This document shows positions 31,728 through 32,716 of a DNA stretch of 32,716 nucleotides, piece by piece (within the stretch, counting starts at the first letter, position 1; every line of letters begins with the position of its first letter). The notes below the pieces were generated by a model. It searched no databases. It worked only from the letters and a program-made list of their open reading frames with translations, and had not been told where the DNA came from. The position numbers and the translations under genes are program-made. The DNA comes from an uncultured Desulfobacterales bacterium (GTDB lineage: Bacteria; Desulfobacterota; Desulfobacteria; Desulfobacterales; C00003060): NCBI GenBank assembly GCA_964532395.1, contig CAZHHS010000002.1:222-32937 (forward strand), given 5' to 3'.

Positions 31728-32461
31728 TCCTCATATCCCACTCGACTGATACATCTAAATATTTCTCTTGGATTGCTTGTACAGGTCAACACACCGTTAT
31801 AGAGCACTTGGCCCTTGTCGGCGGTAATGTAATCCAAGATAAAACCCGTGTGAGTGATGATCAAACCCATTCGGGTTCTTTCCTGATGCATCTCCTTCTG
31901 GCTCTTCTCCGGACTGATTTTGAAATCTCTTTGCAACAACTGGCTGATCGTGTTTCCAATGAGCGAAATATTTTCTAGATCTACGCCGGATTCAGGCTCG
32001 TCGAAAAGCAGGAGGTCCGCTTTTTGGGACATCAGCTGCAACAACTCGGAGCGCTTGATCTCCCCCCCGGAGAAACCGGCATTGATATCCCGTTCCAGAA
32101 AGTCCGAGAAATTGACCGACTCCGCGAGCGCGTCGACATCCACGGCATCGGAGGCACAGATCTCCACCATCTGCCGGGTTTTCACCCCATTGATCGTAGG
32201 CGGACGTTGATACGACATACCGATGCCCAATCGGGCCCGTTCGTTGATCGGCATATGCGTGATATCTTCGCCCTTGAACACGATCTTGCCGCCGGTGACC
32301 CGATACTGGGGATATCCCATAATCGTCATCAACAGGGAGGTTTTCCCGGAGCCGTTGGGCCCAAACAGTATATGGGTTTCTCCCACCCCGATCTCCAAAT
32401 CGATATGCCGCAAAATTTCTTTGTCTCCCAGCTTTACCTGTAAATCTTCGACTTGTAGCAT
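31706..32461 (-). CDS. sufC: Fe-S cluster assembly ABC-type ATPase SufC
   Basis: Walker A GPNGSGKTS, ABC signature FSGGEIKR, Walker B LLLFDEPESGVD and H-loop ITH. Confidence 0.9.
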   Translation of the reverse strand: MLQVEDLQVKLGDKEILRHIDLEIGVGETHILFGPNGSGKTSLLMTIMGYPQYRVTGGKIVFKGEDITHMPINERARLGIGMSYQRPPTINGVKTRQMVEICASDAVDVDALAESVNFSDFLERDINAGFSGGEIKRSELLQLMSQKADLLLFDEPESGVDLENISLIGNTISQLLQRDFKISPEKSQKEMHQERTRMGLIITHTGFILDYITADKGQVLYNGVLTCTSNPREIFRCISRVGYEECVKCTF

Positions 32462-32716
32462 CTCTTTTCTCCAAAACCACAGGGTCTACAAAAAGTGGGG
32501 ATACGTCGCTGATACCCCTTTTCGGATTCATCTTTTCTTCCGTTTATCACTCATACCATAAAAGAGACAGTGTTTCTAAGCATTTTGCCCGACCATCGTA
32601 TAACAAGCTGATAATATAACCCTTTTCTCGGCAACGGCCGGCGTGGGCGTTCCCTGATACCAGGCTAATAGGCATATCTGACGGCTGCCCAGATATTGCT
32701 GTTGTTTTCAAATTGG

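Noticed and set aside
31992-32531. 179-aa minus-strand ORF overlapping sufC in another frame
   Set aside because: The sufC frame carries Walker A/B and the ABC signature. The overlapping frame is Arg/Gly-rich with no motif.
32578-32596. Sigma-54-like ATGGTCGGGCAAAATGCTT upstream of sufC (minus strand)
   Set aside because: The GG to GC spacing is 11 nt instead of 10, and the -24 box is TGGTCG. It does not meet the consensus.
1-32716. Looked for tRNA/rRNA genes, CRISPR arrays, transposases, integrases, phage genes, toxin-antitoxin pairs and known defence-system genes
   Set aside because: - No T-arm/anticodon-arm cloverleaf candidates and no regularly spaced direct repeats were found.
- No ORF carries nuclease, RT, recombinase or STAND-ATPase signatures.
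- The only mobile-looking sequences are the non-coding palindromic elements at 22723-23139.

Overview
This 32.7-kb chromosomal segment reads like the genome of a strictly anaerobic Desulfobacterota-type bacterium (sulfate reducer or syntroph). That placement is an inference from gene content: the Hmc complex, Ni-CODH, many sigma-54 parts and a selenoprotein. Coding is dense. I found no rRNA, tRNA, CRISPR, transposase, integrase or recognisable defence genes.

Layout:
1. Minus-strand Hmc transmembrane redox operon: 16-heme HmcA, Tat Fe-S HmcB, NrfD-like HmcC, a 47-aa HmcD-like ORF missed by the track, and the start of a further ORF. It is preceded by a ribbon-helix-helix gene and a PAS kinase/CheY pair.
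2. A translationally coupled fdhD/rseC-like pair, a 24-codon ORF with its own promoter and Shine-Dalgarno (SD) sequence, and an O-methyltransferase.
3. A ZraS/ZraR/ZraP-like envelope or metal-stress module with a textbook sigma-54 promoter and a palindromic UAS.
4. A NuoE/NuoF/NuoG-like flavin/Fe-S module of the HydBC (Bfu) type. Its NuoF-like subunit carries a C-terminal CBS pair, and no catalytic partner is encoded next to it.
5. A roughly 260-nt structured leader in front of a multi-S1-domain protein.
6. A convergent intergenic region holding two palindromic, MITE-like elements.
7. GT2 glycosyltransferase, MarC, DUF2007 and a HEAT-like protein.
8. A long minus-strand operon: sufC, sufB/D, cooS, isf::arsC fusion, rubredoxin, Sec-glutaredoxin, grx::ahpF/trxR-like.

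The best candidates for something undescribed are:
- The CODH-centred thiol/metalloid redox operon, which includes an in-frame-TGA (UxxC) glutaredoxin and a rubredoxin, both invisible in the ORF track.
- The orphan CBS-bearing Bfu-type module.
- An 89-90-nt two-hairpin element present twice (84/89 identical).

All functional calls come from motif recognition by eye. No searches were run.
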